This document shows positions 12,602 through 24,900 of a stretch of 64,000 bases of DNA, piece after piece. The notes under the pieces were generated by a model. It made no database searches and was not told the DNA's origin. It worked only from the letters and a program-made list of their open reading frames with translations. Numbering within the stretch: position 1 is the stretch's first letter; the number at the start of each line of letters is the position of its first letter. The stretch comes from Strigamia acuminata (Eukaryota): the NCBI GenBank assembly GCA_949358305.1, contig OX442314.1, positions 25,296,001 through 25,360,000 of the forward strand. Reading direction: 5' to 3'. The position numbers were made by a program, and so were the translations under genes.

Positions 12602-14202
12602 CAATAATTCAGGATAATGTGCAACAACATCACTTTGGCAACTTTTAAAGACATTTTTTTTAGTGCAGTATTTCTCTACTATATTAAAATTGTGTGGAGT
12701 GAAGAACTTGTGATTTTTTTTTAAAAAAAAAGAAAGGAAAGAAGAAAGAAAGAAAAGTCGTTTTATTTATCATATTTATATGACAATTTTTTTCTGGCAA
12801 ATGTAAAAATAAATTGCAGCGTGTGCATTAACGAGGAATCACTTTTGTTTCTAAATTTGTGTATTAACTGTTGAACTGTGGTCAAAGTTTGAGGTTGTTA
12901 CGTGACAAAGTCATTCATTTAGATGTTCAAACTATCAATATTTTATGATTAATTTATTTTGGTATTTAATTGGTACAAACATGTGCACATTATTGGCGGA
13001 TTCATCTTTGCACATCTAATATCCAAACTAACAAATGGTTAGCATAACTCTCCAGTTGATTGACCATTAAGACAAAGACTATAATTAAATATTTTAATAT
13101 ACACTAATTTTGAAATAAATTCATGTCCTTGAAATTTGCATCTTTTCTTTTAGACATTAGAACTCGAGCACAGATGTGATGGAAAACATGTACCACGTAT
13201 ACTCGGAAGCGATGAATTGAAAAGAGTGATCTTTTGAACCATTAGGTCAAACTTTGACATCTCGTGTTGCCACGATTTATAAACCAATAATTTGGAAGAT
13301 TTCTTTTTTTAATTTCACGGCAGCGGAATCAATGTGGATAAAAAAATGTTTATCTCTTTAATGAAATGCATGGAATTTTTACCTGGGCAATTATTATAGG
13401 GCAGTAATTTTTTACATCACAAAGGATAAGGTTCCAGGATCTGTCATCTATAAAATTCTATTGCCGGTATACACAAACGCATTGACGACGAGAAGATACT
13501 GTCGATGGGACGTGACCTTACAAGGTAACTAATAACGATATTAGATATTTTGCATTTAAATTACGTTTTTTTCTTCCAACTATACGTGCAAATCTAATTT
13601 AAGCGTAATTTTTAATTATTCATATCTTGAACCGGCTTTTGGGTTTTTTAAATGAAGCAGAAATGCAAATCACATCTGATCTGATCTATGATCTTTATTG
13701 TGATATCAATTTCCTTCCAAAACGACGAGTAAATGAACCCACTTTCAATTTTGAGGTCAATTAACCTGAATTTTTGTTGTCATTTTTTTGTGCCCTGGAT
13801 TGTGTTTGTGTAATGTGTATGACATAATTTCAAAAGAAATTCAAGGATGCATCTCAACTACACAAAATGTAAATTGAAACATTACACTTCACCTTTAGAA
13901 ATACTGGTATTTCAACAAGGAGACTAGGAGAGTAAAAAATTAGAGGTCATTAACACGATTTTTTAAGAGAAAAAAAAATGCTTTCTCGCATTAAAGAATT
14001 GTCCGGTGATGTCAGAGTGAAAAAAAGAGCAAAATCTAACCGTGAATTGGTTTTCGGTTTTGAAATTGAGCTGGAAGACCTTGAGTTACATTATAAATAG
14101 AGAACTTTTGAATGCAGGTCATTGATTGAAAAATATTTGGGAAGGAAGACATGTGCAAACATTTATATTGAATCCAGCTTTATTTTATTTTGTAGCATTC
14201 AG

Positions 14203-14962
14203 ATGAAATCACTGTTGATGACAACAGCAGTGCTACTATTGCTGGGCTTTGGACAGTCGTATAGCATTCCTGACAGCATTCGACCACCGGAAGGTTGCAA
14301 TCACACCGCGTTAAGACACTGGCTCAATCTTGCGTGTTATCAGTTAGACTGGGACAATAGTCTTATTCGAGGCAAAAGAAGTGTGTACATCATAAATGAA
14401 AACGATGAAAGTGAACCAACTCAAAAACCTGACTTATATGGTTATTTATTACCACATCATACAGGTAAATCTCAATTCTAATTGATTTTGATGCTGTAAC
14501 ATTGTTTCTTGATGATATGAAGTAATATTTGAGGAGATTTGAGGGAAAACTGCAATTTGGTGACCGCAGTGTTGCAAATTCATTTCTTGTAGATGTTTTA
14601 AAATTGTTATGTAATTTTTTTTAAATTTTTTTTAAAAGGTAATTTTTTGCATGGTTTTTCCAGATTCATTCATTTCCCCTTTTATATGACACGTTAAGCT
14701 TAGAATTTTGTATTTATTTTAATTGATGTCATTTATTTCAGGTCATCACTCACATCATCACTCACATCATCATCACACGTCGCAAAATGAAAAAATTAAA
14801 TTGGATGATAAAATTATAGAATTTCTCCTGGAAAAAATGAGGACAGAAAATGGACGGCAAAAAAGACGATTATATTTCACCGACGACAGCATTTCTAAAA
14901 GTTTGAAAGATAAATGCTGCAGAGATGAATGTTTTATTGAAGATCTCAGACTAAATTGTTGA
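14203..14962 (+). CDS. Divergent insulin-superfamily peptide, dilp8/gonadulin-like
   Basis: Exons 14203-14464 and 14742-14962 (phase-1 intron in the C-peptide). Signal peptide; B chain CNHTALRHWLNLAC (C-x12-C, lacking the CG); KR; long His-rich C-peptide; KRR; A chain CCRDECFIEDLRLNC* (CC-x3-C-x8-C). Insulin-fold membership is firm; the subfamily is inferred. Confidence 0.85.
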
Positions 14963-15674
14963 TGCCTAGTTGGTAGATTTATGATCATTAATTAATTTAT
15001 TTAGGTAACAATTCTTTAATTGATAACTTATGTGGGATTTGTGCAATTTATGTACAGTTAATGAGTAGATGATTCATAACAAAGTTGAAATTAACGTATC
15101 ACTTTTTATTACGTAGGTTATTTTCGCATAATTTATTGTTAATTCGCCAAAGTCTTTGTAAATATGTATAATCTGACGGAATAATGTTGCAAGCTCTTTA
15201 AAAGTACCATGTGGTTAGACCAATTTGTAAATATATTTAAAGTTTTTCGTAAAAAGAATAAAAGTTTTGTTTTTTAAATATTCCGAATGTGCGAATTTGA
15301 ACATTGACTATTTATTTTCGAGCGCATACAGTAGTTACTTCGCTATGTTGCGTAGATTGACATAGGTTTAACTCCAATTGCATGCTTATAAGTTATATTG
15401 TTGTTTGTTAGCAACACTAAACCTAATTTAGCATATAAAAGAGATAAAACCAACCACCTTTTACGAAAATACCCGAAGCCACCCTATTATACTTGTACAC
15501 CAATGACCGACAATTTGGCTGAAAACTTCGCAAGTATAGCCAGTCCAAAACGTCCAAAGTTATGGTACTAATTTCTTTATTTCTTAGTTTTTGCTCCTAT
15601 CGCATCAGGGGAAGTATTCAGTTTAGGAGTGAAATGCTAATTAAGATTTTAGAGTGCTTATTTAATTATCTAAG

Positions 15675-16790
15675 GGAATTAACTGAAAAATAATTAACAA
15701 AATATCTTTAAATAATTTCTTTTTTGTGGCCTGAATTTTCCAAGAGTTAAACTCGGCACCTTCTGTCTGTTCTGTCTGTGTCTGCTGTGAAGTGGTCGGT
15801 GTTCAACAAAGCAAAAACATGCGAAAATTATAAATCCATACCACGAGCCACCCGAGAAAGCTCGGATGATTTTCGCCGTTAAAAAGTCGCCGATGTTGGG
15901 TTCAAGTCCGAACTTTCGTACATTTTAATCAACGCTTTCCGAAAATTTTGAACTTCTACCCAAACCTCGTCGGAACCAGCGCGTGCTGGTGCTGCATCGG
16001 AACTATAAAACACTGTAATTTAATTTTCTGAATAAGTCTGTCTCGGTATGGCTCTTGGTTTTGGTTTTTGCTCGTTTGAACACCTCACAGCAGACAGAAG
16101 ATCCCGTGTTCAAATCCAGGACAATTCAGGCCACAAAAAAAATTATTTAAAGATATTTTGTTACTTATTTTTCAGTTGATTTCCACACTACAAATATAAA
16201 ATGTAATAAAATATAAGAGAATTTGAAACTTAACTAACAGAAAAGAGTGGTGGCTCCGGGACACGATGTCGGGTGTTAGTTAGGTGTTAGTTAGGTGTTA
16301 GGTGTTAGGAACATCGCTACAAACACATCAGAGTTCAAATTCCGAGCTAGTCTAGTATCTAGTCTAGGGCATAATTAAAAATTATTCAAGAGCATTTTAT
16401 CTTCTATTATCTAATAGCTTCCCTTAGTTTAATACAATCTAGAAATAAGAATTATCTTAAATGTATAATTTACAATTTACAAATGAGAAGGAGAATAAGT
16501 GGCTCTAACTCATACTCTGAGGCAGGATGACCTGTCCAGTACTTGAGATATGCTGCAAGAAATGCAAGTCCAAGTTCAAATCCAGCACCGTCTAGAATAT
16601 GTACAAAGTTCGTTTTAAAGAGTAGGCCTATTTTCTACAAGTTTTACCGAGTTAAATATGTATACGAGAATAAGATAATTAAATATACAATTCACAACAA
16701 AGAGCGATGACTACCGGTATATGGCATAGACGCGTGATGTAGGATTCTGCCTAGGTGAATGCAAGTTCTGGTTCGAATCCCGTAATAACA
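15675..16790. repeat. Array of degenerate ~200-240-bp units carrying Pol III B-box-like motifs, including one inverted pair
   Basis: GTTC[A/G]A[A/G]T(T)CC at ~15900, 16108, 16333, 16574 and 16771. The segment 15675-15820 is a close inverted copy of ~16050-16184. Confidence 0.6.
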
Positions 16791-17166
16791 TCCAAACATC
16801 CAGACTGAAAAAGAAAAAAAAATATTTTTAGTTTATGTCATCACCATCAGATAGCGCCACTAATAAACAAATAAATCTTTTAGTTCTCAATCGAGAGCGA
16901 GTCTAAATTAAAGTTTTTCAAAGTCTGTACTTGTGGTTTGTAACGTCACGACACTCCATTTTGGCTGTAGCATTTCCTTGCCTAATCACCACAGGACGAT
17001 GTTTTTCGTGGAACTGATTTCCTCGAGAATAATAAGTTTAAGAAAACTAAAAATAAAAATAAAAAACAAAAAACAATTCTGGAAAGGAAATATTGAAAAA
17101 CCCGATAAGAAACGTTGAATCTTAAAATTTCAACAAAGATGCAAAATCTTTTTAAAACCCATTTTT

Positions 17167-17205
17167 CGGGTCCCTTGCGATTCATTATAACGAGGTTCGA
17201 CTGTA
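17167..17205. mobile_element. Solo terminal inverted repeat of a Tc1/mariner (pogo/Tigger-like) element
   Basis: The reverse complement reads TA-CAGTCGAACCTCGTTATAATGAATCGCAAGGGACCCG, a typical pogo-like terminus. No partner end was found. Confidence 0.5.
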
Positions 17206-17702
17206 TCATTTCAATGCATCTTTGAACCATAGGAGATATGCAATATACATTACACATTAAATTTCAATCACATCCATAGGTACTTTTTTAGATTGTTTTT
17301 TAAAACATTTATCCTACGTTTACATGCACCAAATATTTTGAGTGGTGAATAATTCGAGTGGTGAAAAAATCAAATTGTTGTGTTTACATGCAGAAAATAA
17401 TTCGTGATCACTTTCAGTTTTCGACCGATGGGGAAGTGCCAGAAGCAATGCGCGCATGCGCAATGAAAATAGTTCAGGTTTACTCCAATTAAACAAAACT
17501 TTCTGCAAGGGATTATTCACTACTCGAATAATCCTTGTCATCCCTGTGTTGTGCACACGGAATATTTCATCTCACTCAAAATTGCCATTTTTGTGAGCAA
17601 TTACGATTTCGGTTTTTCGTTTGTTTAATGTAACAAACGAAGTCTGAACGTCACGAACGAAGCGTACGTTCATCCTTCGTGAGGTTAAACACAAAACCAA
17701 TA

Positions 17703-17785
17703 CCGTACTTTTGCAAAAATACGGTCTTCTTGGTGTCTCAGCCGCAGCTACTATTCGAGAGCGACTCTTAATCGGTAAAATACGG
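17703..17785. mobile_element. Tiny Tc2/pogo-like remnant just upstream of Toll-1
   Basis: TA-CCGTACTTTT...AAAATACGG-TA imperfect inverted ends, the same CCGTA terminus class as the 4016 MITE. Confidence 0.35.
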
Positions 17786-17857
17786 TATTAACAAAGTGTT
17801 TACAAGACAATTGATAGAAAGTTGTTTAATAATCGATTACGGCATTTTCCATTGCAG

Positions 17858-20800
17858 ATGGCATCGATTCTACCCATTCTCATCCTCTTGCTAAACACCT
17901 GCTTCATATTTTCTAATCGAACAAGTGTGTGTTACATTTCAAAAGGAACATTTGGGACTAGCAATAAAATAATGTCTCTCACTGTGTGCCGCCCGACGAC
18001 AATTGCGAGCAGCGACTTTGAAACGCTCGATCCCGTGTCGACGCATTTCCTCTTAGTCGAATGTAAAGAAAAAAATAGAACCGACAGATTCCCAACATCG
18101 AAATTTGCGCATCTGCGACAACTGAAGCACCTTCAAATTCAATATTGCCAGTTTGATCGAATTGGATCCGGTGCATTGCTGGGATTAGTCAATTTGGAAT
18201 ACCTCGTAATAACGGAAGCCGAAATTGGTACAACGCATCTAGGTGTGAGTGATCGTCTTTTCCTTCCAACGCCACAACTGATCGGTGTCAACTTCACAAT
18301 GACGGGCATCAGCAAACTGCCAGCTCGGCTTCTCTGCAATACGCGATTAACGAAGCTCTTTTTGACGAGAAACAAGATTGAATATTTAAACGAAATCGGG
18401 TGCGGTGAAAACAGCAGCTGTTGCTCACAATTAGAGCATTTTCATCTCGATTTCAATCAAGTGCGAAAAATTGAGAAAGCGCATCTGCCATTTTCGAATC
18501 TGCTTCAGCTGATTTTATCGGCCAACCGAATTCGAGAGATCCAAAATGGCGCCTTCGATCGCCTGAAAAAGCTCCTTTCATTAAACCTGACGCATAATGA
18601 ATTGGACGAAATCGACGAGAACTTATTTCAACACAACTCGAGATTAAAATACCTCGATCTGTCATTCAACCACATCGCGCACCTTTTGCCGAGAACCTTC
18701 TTCCGTTTAACATCTCTCATATTTCTCAACTTGGGACACAACAACTTGACAAAAATCTCGCACGCTTCATTCCAAACGTTGACTAACTTATTCATGCTCA
18801 ATTTGGAACACAATCAACTGGCAAGCATTCCAGACCTCAAAGCAATGCCCGCACTTTTATCATTAGACTTTGGCTTCAACAAAATAACGAGTACAAGTGG
18901 AACCGAAACTGCATTTCGAACCCTCACATATTTATTAAAACTAAATCTGAGCCATAACAAACTCGAAAACATTCCACAGCTGCAAACGTTGAAAAATCTT
19001 TGGCGACTATACCTCGGCTCAAACAACATCAGCGACATCGCGCCTGACTCGTTCGTAGGTCTTGGCGAGCTGGAATTTTTAAACCTAGAACAGAACCAAG
19101 TCAAAGCATTGAGAAATTCAGCATTTCTTCACACGCCGAACGTAATCGCGATAACCCTAGCATCGAATGAAATTAGTTTGATCGAAGACGGAACATTCGG
19201 AATATTAAAACATCTCATCCATTTAAATCTGACTGGAAACAGAATACGTGAAATGAAATCATCGTTTGTAGCCGTTAAGAGAGTACTAGACTTATCTGAT
19301 AATCAAATCCGAGTATTCAGGTTTAAGTTCATTAACCCAGAACTCACAGAGCTCTATTTAGCCAGAAATCGAATTCGCAAAATCGAAACAAAATACATTT
19401 TCATCGAAGACTACAAATTGGAATATTTCGATGCAGATAGCAACCGAGTGCAGACGTTTGGAATTGTACACTTTCCACCGACCATTCAAGAAATCCACCT
19501 GGCAAATAATAATATATCGCACGTTAAACAGTTCACAGCACACGTTAGGCGTAAATTACGGTTCGTTACCTTGAGAAACAATTCCATTTCTGAAATAGAC
19601 GATCGTGATTTTCGGTACACTCAAAAGCAATCGCAAAAGCTTGGAAAAAACAAACCAACCATTGATTTACAATTTAATCCTTTAATTTGTTCGTGTAAAA
19701 ACAATTGGTTGGTCTCACAAACGCTCTATCCAGAAATAATGACGAGGGAGCTGGCGTACTGTCAGGTCACCTACAGCCGAATGAAAAAGTATTCATCGTT
19801 TCTTAATGCTACAACAATCACGCCGAAACAATTGCTGTGTGAAAATGAAGAAATATGCCTCAGCCAATGCAGTTGTTTTTACAATGATGAATTGTTCATC
19901 TACATAATGGATTGTTACAATGTAACATGGAGTCATCCTGTGCCCACTCTTCGAGCGAATTTTACGAACTTTACGACAATTTTCTTTGATGGTAACACAA
20001 ACATTGGACCATTCGTTGCATCGATGTTGATGAACTCGCCAATACTTGACACACTCTACATGAATAACAGTGGCTTAAAAAGCATCGATCAACATCTGTT
20101 TGAAGGTGTATCTCTATTGAAGGAACTGCATTTGGAAGAAAACAATTTGTCTTCTCTCAGTGGAAGTGAATTTCAATTTATGACTCGGCTGGAAAAACTG
20201 TTTCTGCATGATAATCAGTTACAATATATATCATCGGCTGCCTTCTTGAAGTTAACAGAACTCAGACTATTAACACTTCACAAAAACAGGTTGCTAAATC
20301 CAGAATTCTGGACGATGATGCCTCCTCGGTTATCCGAAATAACATTGAGTGATAATCAGTTTGAGTGTGATTGCGATTTTATTCTTCCTTTTCAAGATTG
20401 GGTCGCTACGCATCATGCCATTAAGTTTACTGATTTAGATCGCACACATTGTGGAAGTTCAGCTGTTTCCATAAATAATATCAATGACACAAGTTGTTAT
20501 GAAGTAACTAAATTTGAAAAGAGTATGGTTTTAATTATTGCACCGTCCATGACCATTTGCCTTTTCTTGGCCGTTTTGGTCGTTTTGTGTTTCTGGTACA
20601 GATTGGAAATAAAAGTGTGGTTGTATTCGCGGTACGGCATGCAACTGTTTTACAACAAGCAAGATGCTGATACTGGAAAAGTGTACAGTGCTTTTATTTC
20701 ATATACTAACGAAGATGAAGAGTGGGTGGTCGATCAATTGCTACCCCGGTTAGAAGACTACACTCTGTGCATTCATCAAAAAGATTTTCTTCCTGGTGAT

Positions 20801-21121
20801 TTCATTGCCAACTCCATTATAAGTGCGGTGGAAAATAGTTGTAGAACCGTCATCATTTTAACTCCAAATTTCCTACAAAGCAAGTGGTGTCTGTTTGAAT
20901 TTGAAACCGCGCACATGCAATCGCTTAATGATAAATGTAAACGACTCGTGGTTGTTCAACTAGAAGATGTAGAAAATTGTGAACTGCATAAAAATCTGAG
21001 CGCTTATTTGAAAACTAATACATATTTGGACATAAGTGACGCACTATTTTGGGATAAGCTCAAGTACGCTTTACCAGAACCAGATCATGTTCTGCAAGAG
21101 CAAAATGAAACTAGTTTGTAG
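17858..21121 (+). CDS. Toll-like receptor 1, multiple-cysteine-cluster (protostome) type, 1087 aa, single coding exon
   Basis: ATG directly follows an acceptor (ttgcag|ATG). Signal peptide; many LxxLxLxxN repeats; LRR-CT NPLICSC; LRR-NT CLSQCSC; further LRRs; LRR-CT NQFECDC; TM helix; [14 protein letters not shown] domain (AFISY, LCIHQKDFLPG, FWDKLKYALP). Confidence 0.96.
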   Translation: MASILPILILLLNTCFIFSNRTSVCYISKGTFGTSNKIMSLTVCRPTTIASSDFETLDPVSTHFLLVECKEKNRTDRFPTSKFAHLRQLKHLQIQYCQFDRIGSGALLGLVNLEYLVITEAEIGTTHLGVSDRLFLPTPQLIGVNFTMTGISKLPARLLCNTRLTKLFLTRNKIEYLNEIGCGENSSCCSQLEHFHLDFNQVRKIEKAHLPFSNLLQLILSANRIREIQNGAFDRLKKLLSLNLTHNELDEIDENLFQHNSRLKYLDLSFNHIAHLLPRTFFRLTSLIFLNLGHNNLTKISHASFQTLTNLFMLNLEHNQLASIPDLKAMPALLSLDFGFNKITSTSGTETAFRTLTYLLKLNLSHNKLENIPQLQTLKNLWRLYLGSNNISDIAPDSFVGLGELEFLNLEQNQVKALRNSAFLHTPNVIAITLASNEISLIEDGTFGILKHLIHLNLTGNRIREMKSSFVAVKRVLDLSDNQIRVFRFKFINPELTELYLARNRIRKIETKYIFIEDYKLEYFDADSNRVQTFGIVHFPPTIQEIHLANNNISHVKQFTAHVRRKLRFVTLRNNSISEIDDRDFRYTQKQSQKLGKNKPTIDLQFNPLICSCKNNWLVSQTLYPEIMTRELAYCQVTYSRMKKYSSFLNATTITPKQLLCENEEICLSQCSCFYNDELFIYIMDCYNVTWSHPVPTLRANFTNFTTIFFDGNTNIGPFVASMLMNSPILDTLYMNNSGLKSIDQHLFEGVSLLKELHLEENNLSSLSGSEFQFMTRLEKLFLHDNQLQYISSAAFLKLTELRLLTLHKNRLLNPEFWTMMPPRLSEITLSDNQFECDCDFILPFQDWVATHHAIKFTDLDRTHCGSSAVSINNINDTSCYEVTKFEKSMVLIIAPSMTICLFLAVLVVLCFWYRLEIKVWLYSRYGMQLFYNKQDADTGKVYSAFISYTNEDEEWVVDQLLPRLEDYTLCIHQKDFLPGDFIANSIISAVENSCRTVIILTPNFLQSKWCLFEFETAHMQSLNDKCKRLVVVQLEDVENCELHKNLSAYLKTNTYLDISDALFWDKLKYALPEPDHVLQEQNETSL

Positions 21122-21983
21122 CTTTACATACTGTATCTTCGTAAAATTTGTAATCTATACAAACAAAATCTAATTTAATCCATTGATTCAAATGATTGTA
21201 CTGTAATCCATGTGGATGAATGAGTGCATCTTGTGCAATTCCTGTACACCGTGCCTAGATTGTGTACATCCACTCTCCACATGTTTTGAATTAATTTTAT
21301 GTAATACATAAATTTGTGCTTATATAATCCTGGGGAGAGCATTTCATAAAACTTTTAATTAATTATTTCACAAAATGATCAAACCAATATCATGCAAAAG
21401 TATTATGCATTATAAAATGCAGTTTTCGCAAAACCCAATACTGTAAATTGTATTTCGACATTAAAATGTGTAGTTTCTAGGCGATGTTTGTTGCAAGGCG
21501 GCAGTGTTACCGCCGTTCATGATTGTAAAAAATCAACCTGCTCATGTTATTTTTTTACCAAACTGGTCTCATCTGCTTTTATAATTACGAGATGTGCAAT
21601 ACACATTACAGATTAAATAGCAATCAAATTTATATGTTTTTAGTGATTGTTTTTAAAAATATTTAGTTGCAATGTGACGGAAAACAACTATTAATAACTC
21701 GCAGTATGATAACATCTTCAAGAAACATGGCAGGTTATTGTGCAGCTGTTTGGCAGAATTTAAAAAGATAAGAATCTAAAGGAAACTCGGAACAAAACAA
21801 TTCCAGGAAGTAAACAGACTACCCAGTTGTGATACAGGCATTGAAATTCATTAAATTTGATTACTTCTATTGTTCTTCTCTGTGTCTCAGAACCATTTGG
21901 TATCCCATTGTGAATAAAAAGGTATTTAGATAATTTTCACATTCCGCTAATTTAATTGTCGAATCACTCATTTTCTATCCCAG

Positions 21984-24900
21984 ATGACATCGATTCTACT
22001 CATTCTTATGCTCTTGCTAAACAGCTGCAGTGTATTTTCAAATCGAACAACAGAATGTGAGTTGGTAAATACAAAAGAAGGCAAAAAAGAACTTTGCTGG
22101 GCATGGTGCCACACGACGACTATTCCGAGCAGCAACTTTACAGTGGTTGATCCCACAGCAACAAATCATCTCTTAGTTCGATGTCAAGAAGAAGGAACAA
22201 TTACTGACTTTCCAGAAGGAAAATTCGCGCATCTGCATAAACTGACATACTTAAACGTACAAAACTGTCTGTTCGGTCATATCAGGTCAGGTGCACTGCT
22301 TGGATTGCGAAATTTGGAATATATAAGAATAATCAGAAGCCAGAATGACAGTGTGCCTCCGAATATTAGCGAACATCTTTTTGATTCAACGCCACAGCTG
22401 ATCTATGTCGACTTCGAATGGATGGGCATTGGGCAATTGCCAGGTCGGCTTTTCTGCAGTACTAATCTAATAACCTTGAACTTGATGGGCAACAAGTTTG
22501 AATATTTGAACGAAATCGGGTGCGGTGAAAACAGCACGTGTTGTTCCCGGTTGACGCATTTCTACATCGATTACAATCGAGTGAGAAAAATCGAGAAAAC
22601 GCATCTGCCATTTCCGAATCTGCTCCAGCTGCAACTCTCCTTCAACCGCATTCAACGGATCCAAAACGGAGCCTTCGACCGTCTGAAAAAGCTTGAAGTC
22701 TTAAATCTCACCAACAACGAATTAGACAAAATTAATTCTCCATTATTTCGACACAACTCGAAATTAAAATCACTCGACTTGTCCTTCAACCAAATCGAGG
22801 ACCTGCCACCTGGAATCTTTTCCCGTTTGACGTTTCTCCAAATTCTAAACTTGGGAAACAACAATTTAACAAAAATCTTCCAGTATGGGTTCCCAACTCT
22901 ACTTCATTTATTTATACTCAAATTAAATCACAATCGACTAGCGAGCATTCCAAATCTAAGAACATTTCGCAATCTTTTGGTATTAGATTTAGGCTTCAAC
23001 AAAATCAACCACATTGGTGCAGACTCTTTTTTACAGCTGGGAGAACTGAAATATCTGAGCCTAAACGGAAATCAGATACAAGCATTAGAAAATACAATGT
23101 TGAGGAGATTGTCAAATATACATACGATAATGCTGAATTCAAATGAAATTAATACCATCGAAGAAGGCACTTTTGATGCTTTGATACAACTCGCGCACTT
23201 AGCTATGTCTGGAAACAAAATTGACGCCATGCAATCCGTGTTTGAAGCCGTTCAGTTAGAACTAGACTTAACAAATAACAAAATTCAATTGTTTGATTTT
23301 AGTTTTATCAACAGTGAGCTCGTGACTATCTATTTAGACTATAACCAACTTAGTGTCATCGCCAAGCCTAATGTTCCGTTGACAAACTATAAACTGCAGA
23401 ATTTTTTTGCTTCTGGGAACAAGCTGCAGCATTTTTCAGCATCTTACTTTCCATCGAGTATACAAAACATCAAGCTTGCATATAACAACATATCCACAGT
23501 TCATGAATTGAATTTAAACAGTTTGTTGCCTGAATTGGAACATGTGGAATTGAAAAACAATTCCATTTCGGAAATTCTGGATTCAGACATTCGCTATGCA
23601 GACCCAGGGATACGGAAGGATGGTGTGGTGCCATTAGTTAGTTTATACAGCAATCCTATTACTTGTTCCTGTGAAAATAATTGGTTGTTGTATGACAGCA
23701 CAGGCTTACACACACAGTATCCTAAAATAAAGAAAGATAACTACTGCAAAGCGGTTTACAGTCGAAGCAAACGGTTTTCTGCCATTCTGGATGTGCACAC
23801 AATGAAGAAGGACCAACTGCTTTGTGAAACTGAACAAATGTGTCCCCATCACTGCAAATGTTTTTACAATAAATGGTCAGAAAATATATTGGACTGCTAC
23901 AATGCGACGTGGAACCATCCATTGCCGATTTTGCAAGAAAACTTTACGACAATCTTCTTTGACGGCAACACAAACATAGAATCTGTCCTAAGTCAACTAT
24001 TGAGAAATTCCCCACTGCTTAATTTCCTGTTCTTAAACGGCAGCGACTTAACGACTATCATAGTATGTAAAAGGAGAAGTAGCCAAACTTGGCGGCCATT
24101 TTTTTCTGCAATGTGTAGCAATTATTGTGATATTGAAATAAAAAAACCACCTACCAAAGCCAAATTAATTTTAAACTAACACCAAAGGTTCAATTTCCCT
24201 TGGTAAAATATCAAATGTCTTGAAAGCCCATCCAAATAGACTGTAAAAATATCTGAGTACACGCTATCGCACTTTTGGAGTTTGTTGCCTGTGGCCAAAT
24301 CTCGAAGCTGCAGCGCTAGTGTTGCTGCTTCGTCCAAGGTCAGCCTTTTGTTTACTTTATAACAGGCCCGAATTAGAGATTGAGCATGGTAAATATTACC
24401 ATTTAAGTGGTTTTACAATGGTTTTAATAATTTTTTTTGTTTTAATTTATTTTTAATATGTCATGCTTTGCTACTGGATGCAGATTAAAGTATAAAGTAT
24501 GTGAACTGAGTATTCAAGCTTTGACTACACCAATCCATCAGTACCATGAGAATTCTTCCTTGACAAAATTAAAGATTTTGGTGAATTTTTAAAATATCCA
24601 TCTTATAATTTCTATAATCTCGAAATGGACATTGAGAAATTATTAGAAACCAAATTAAAAAATGAAAACTTATCTCAAGATTTGTTTTATGAGGTTTTAG
24701 ATGGCATTAATGAAATAAGAATTACATGTGACATGGGATGTTGTGTAGAACATAGTTCTGAATTAATCCCAAAATTTATTCAGTACTACATACAAACCAG
24801 AATGTTTTTTAAAACCAAGGGAATGCTTAGAAACAGTGGAAGCTGTGTGTCAAGGAAAACAAACAGAAAACTGAGCTAATTGCATTAAATTCAATCACTA

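Noticed and set aside
16272..16309. Interstitial TTAGG telomeric repeat
   Set aside because: Only four TTAGG interleaved with TG or TGTTAG; better explained as local slippage.
15890..16790. Functional tRNA genes
   Set aside because: B-box/T-loop motifs are present, but I could not build acceptor, D and anticodon stems.
17430..21810. NF-kB- and STAT-like sites upstream of the Toll genes (for example TTCCAGGAA at 21801)
   Set aside because: Short, partly mismatched and not positionally conserved between the paralogs.
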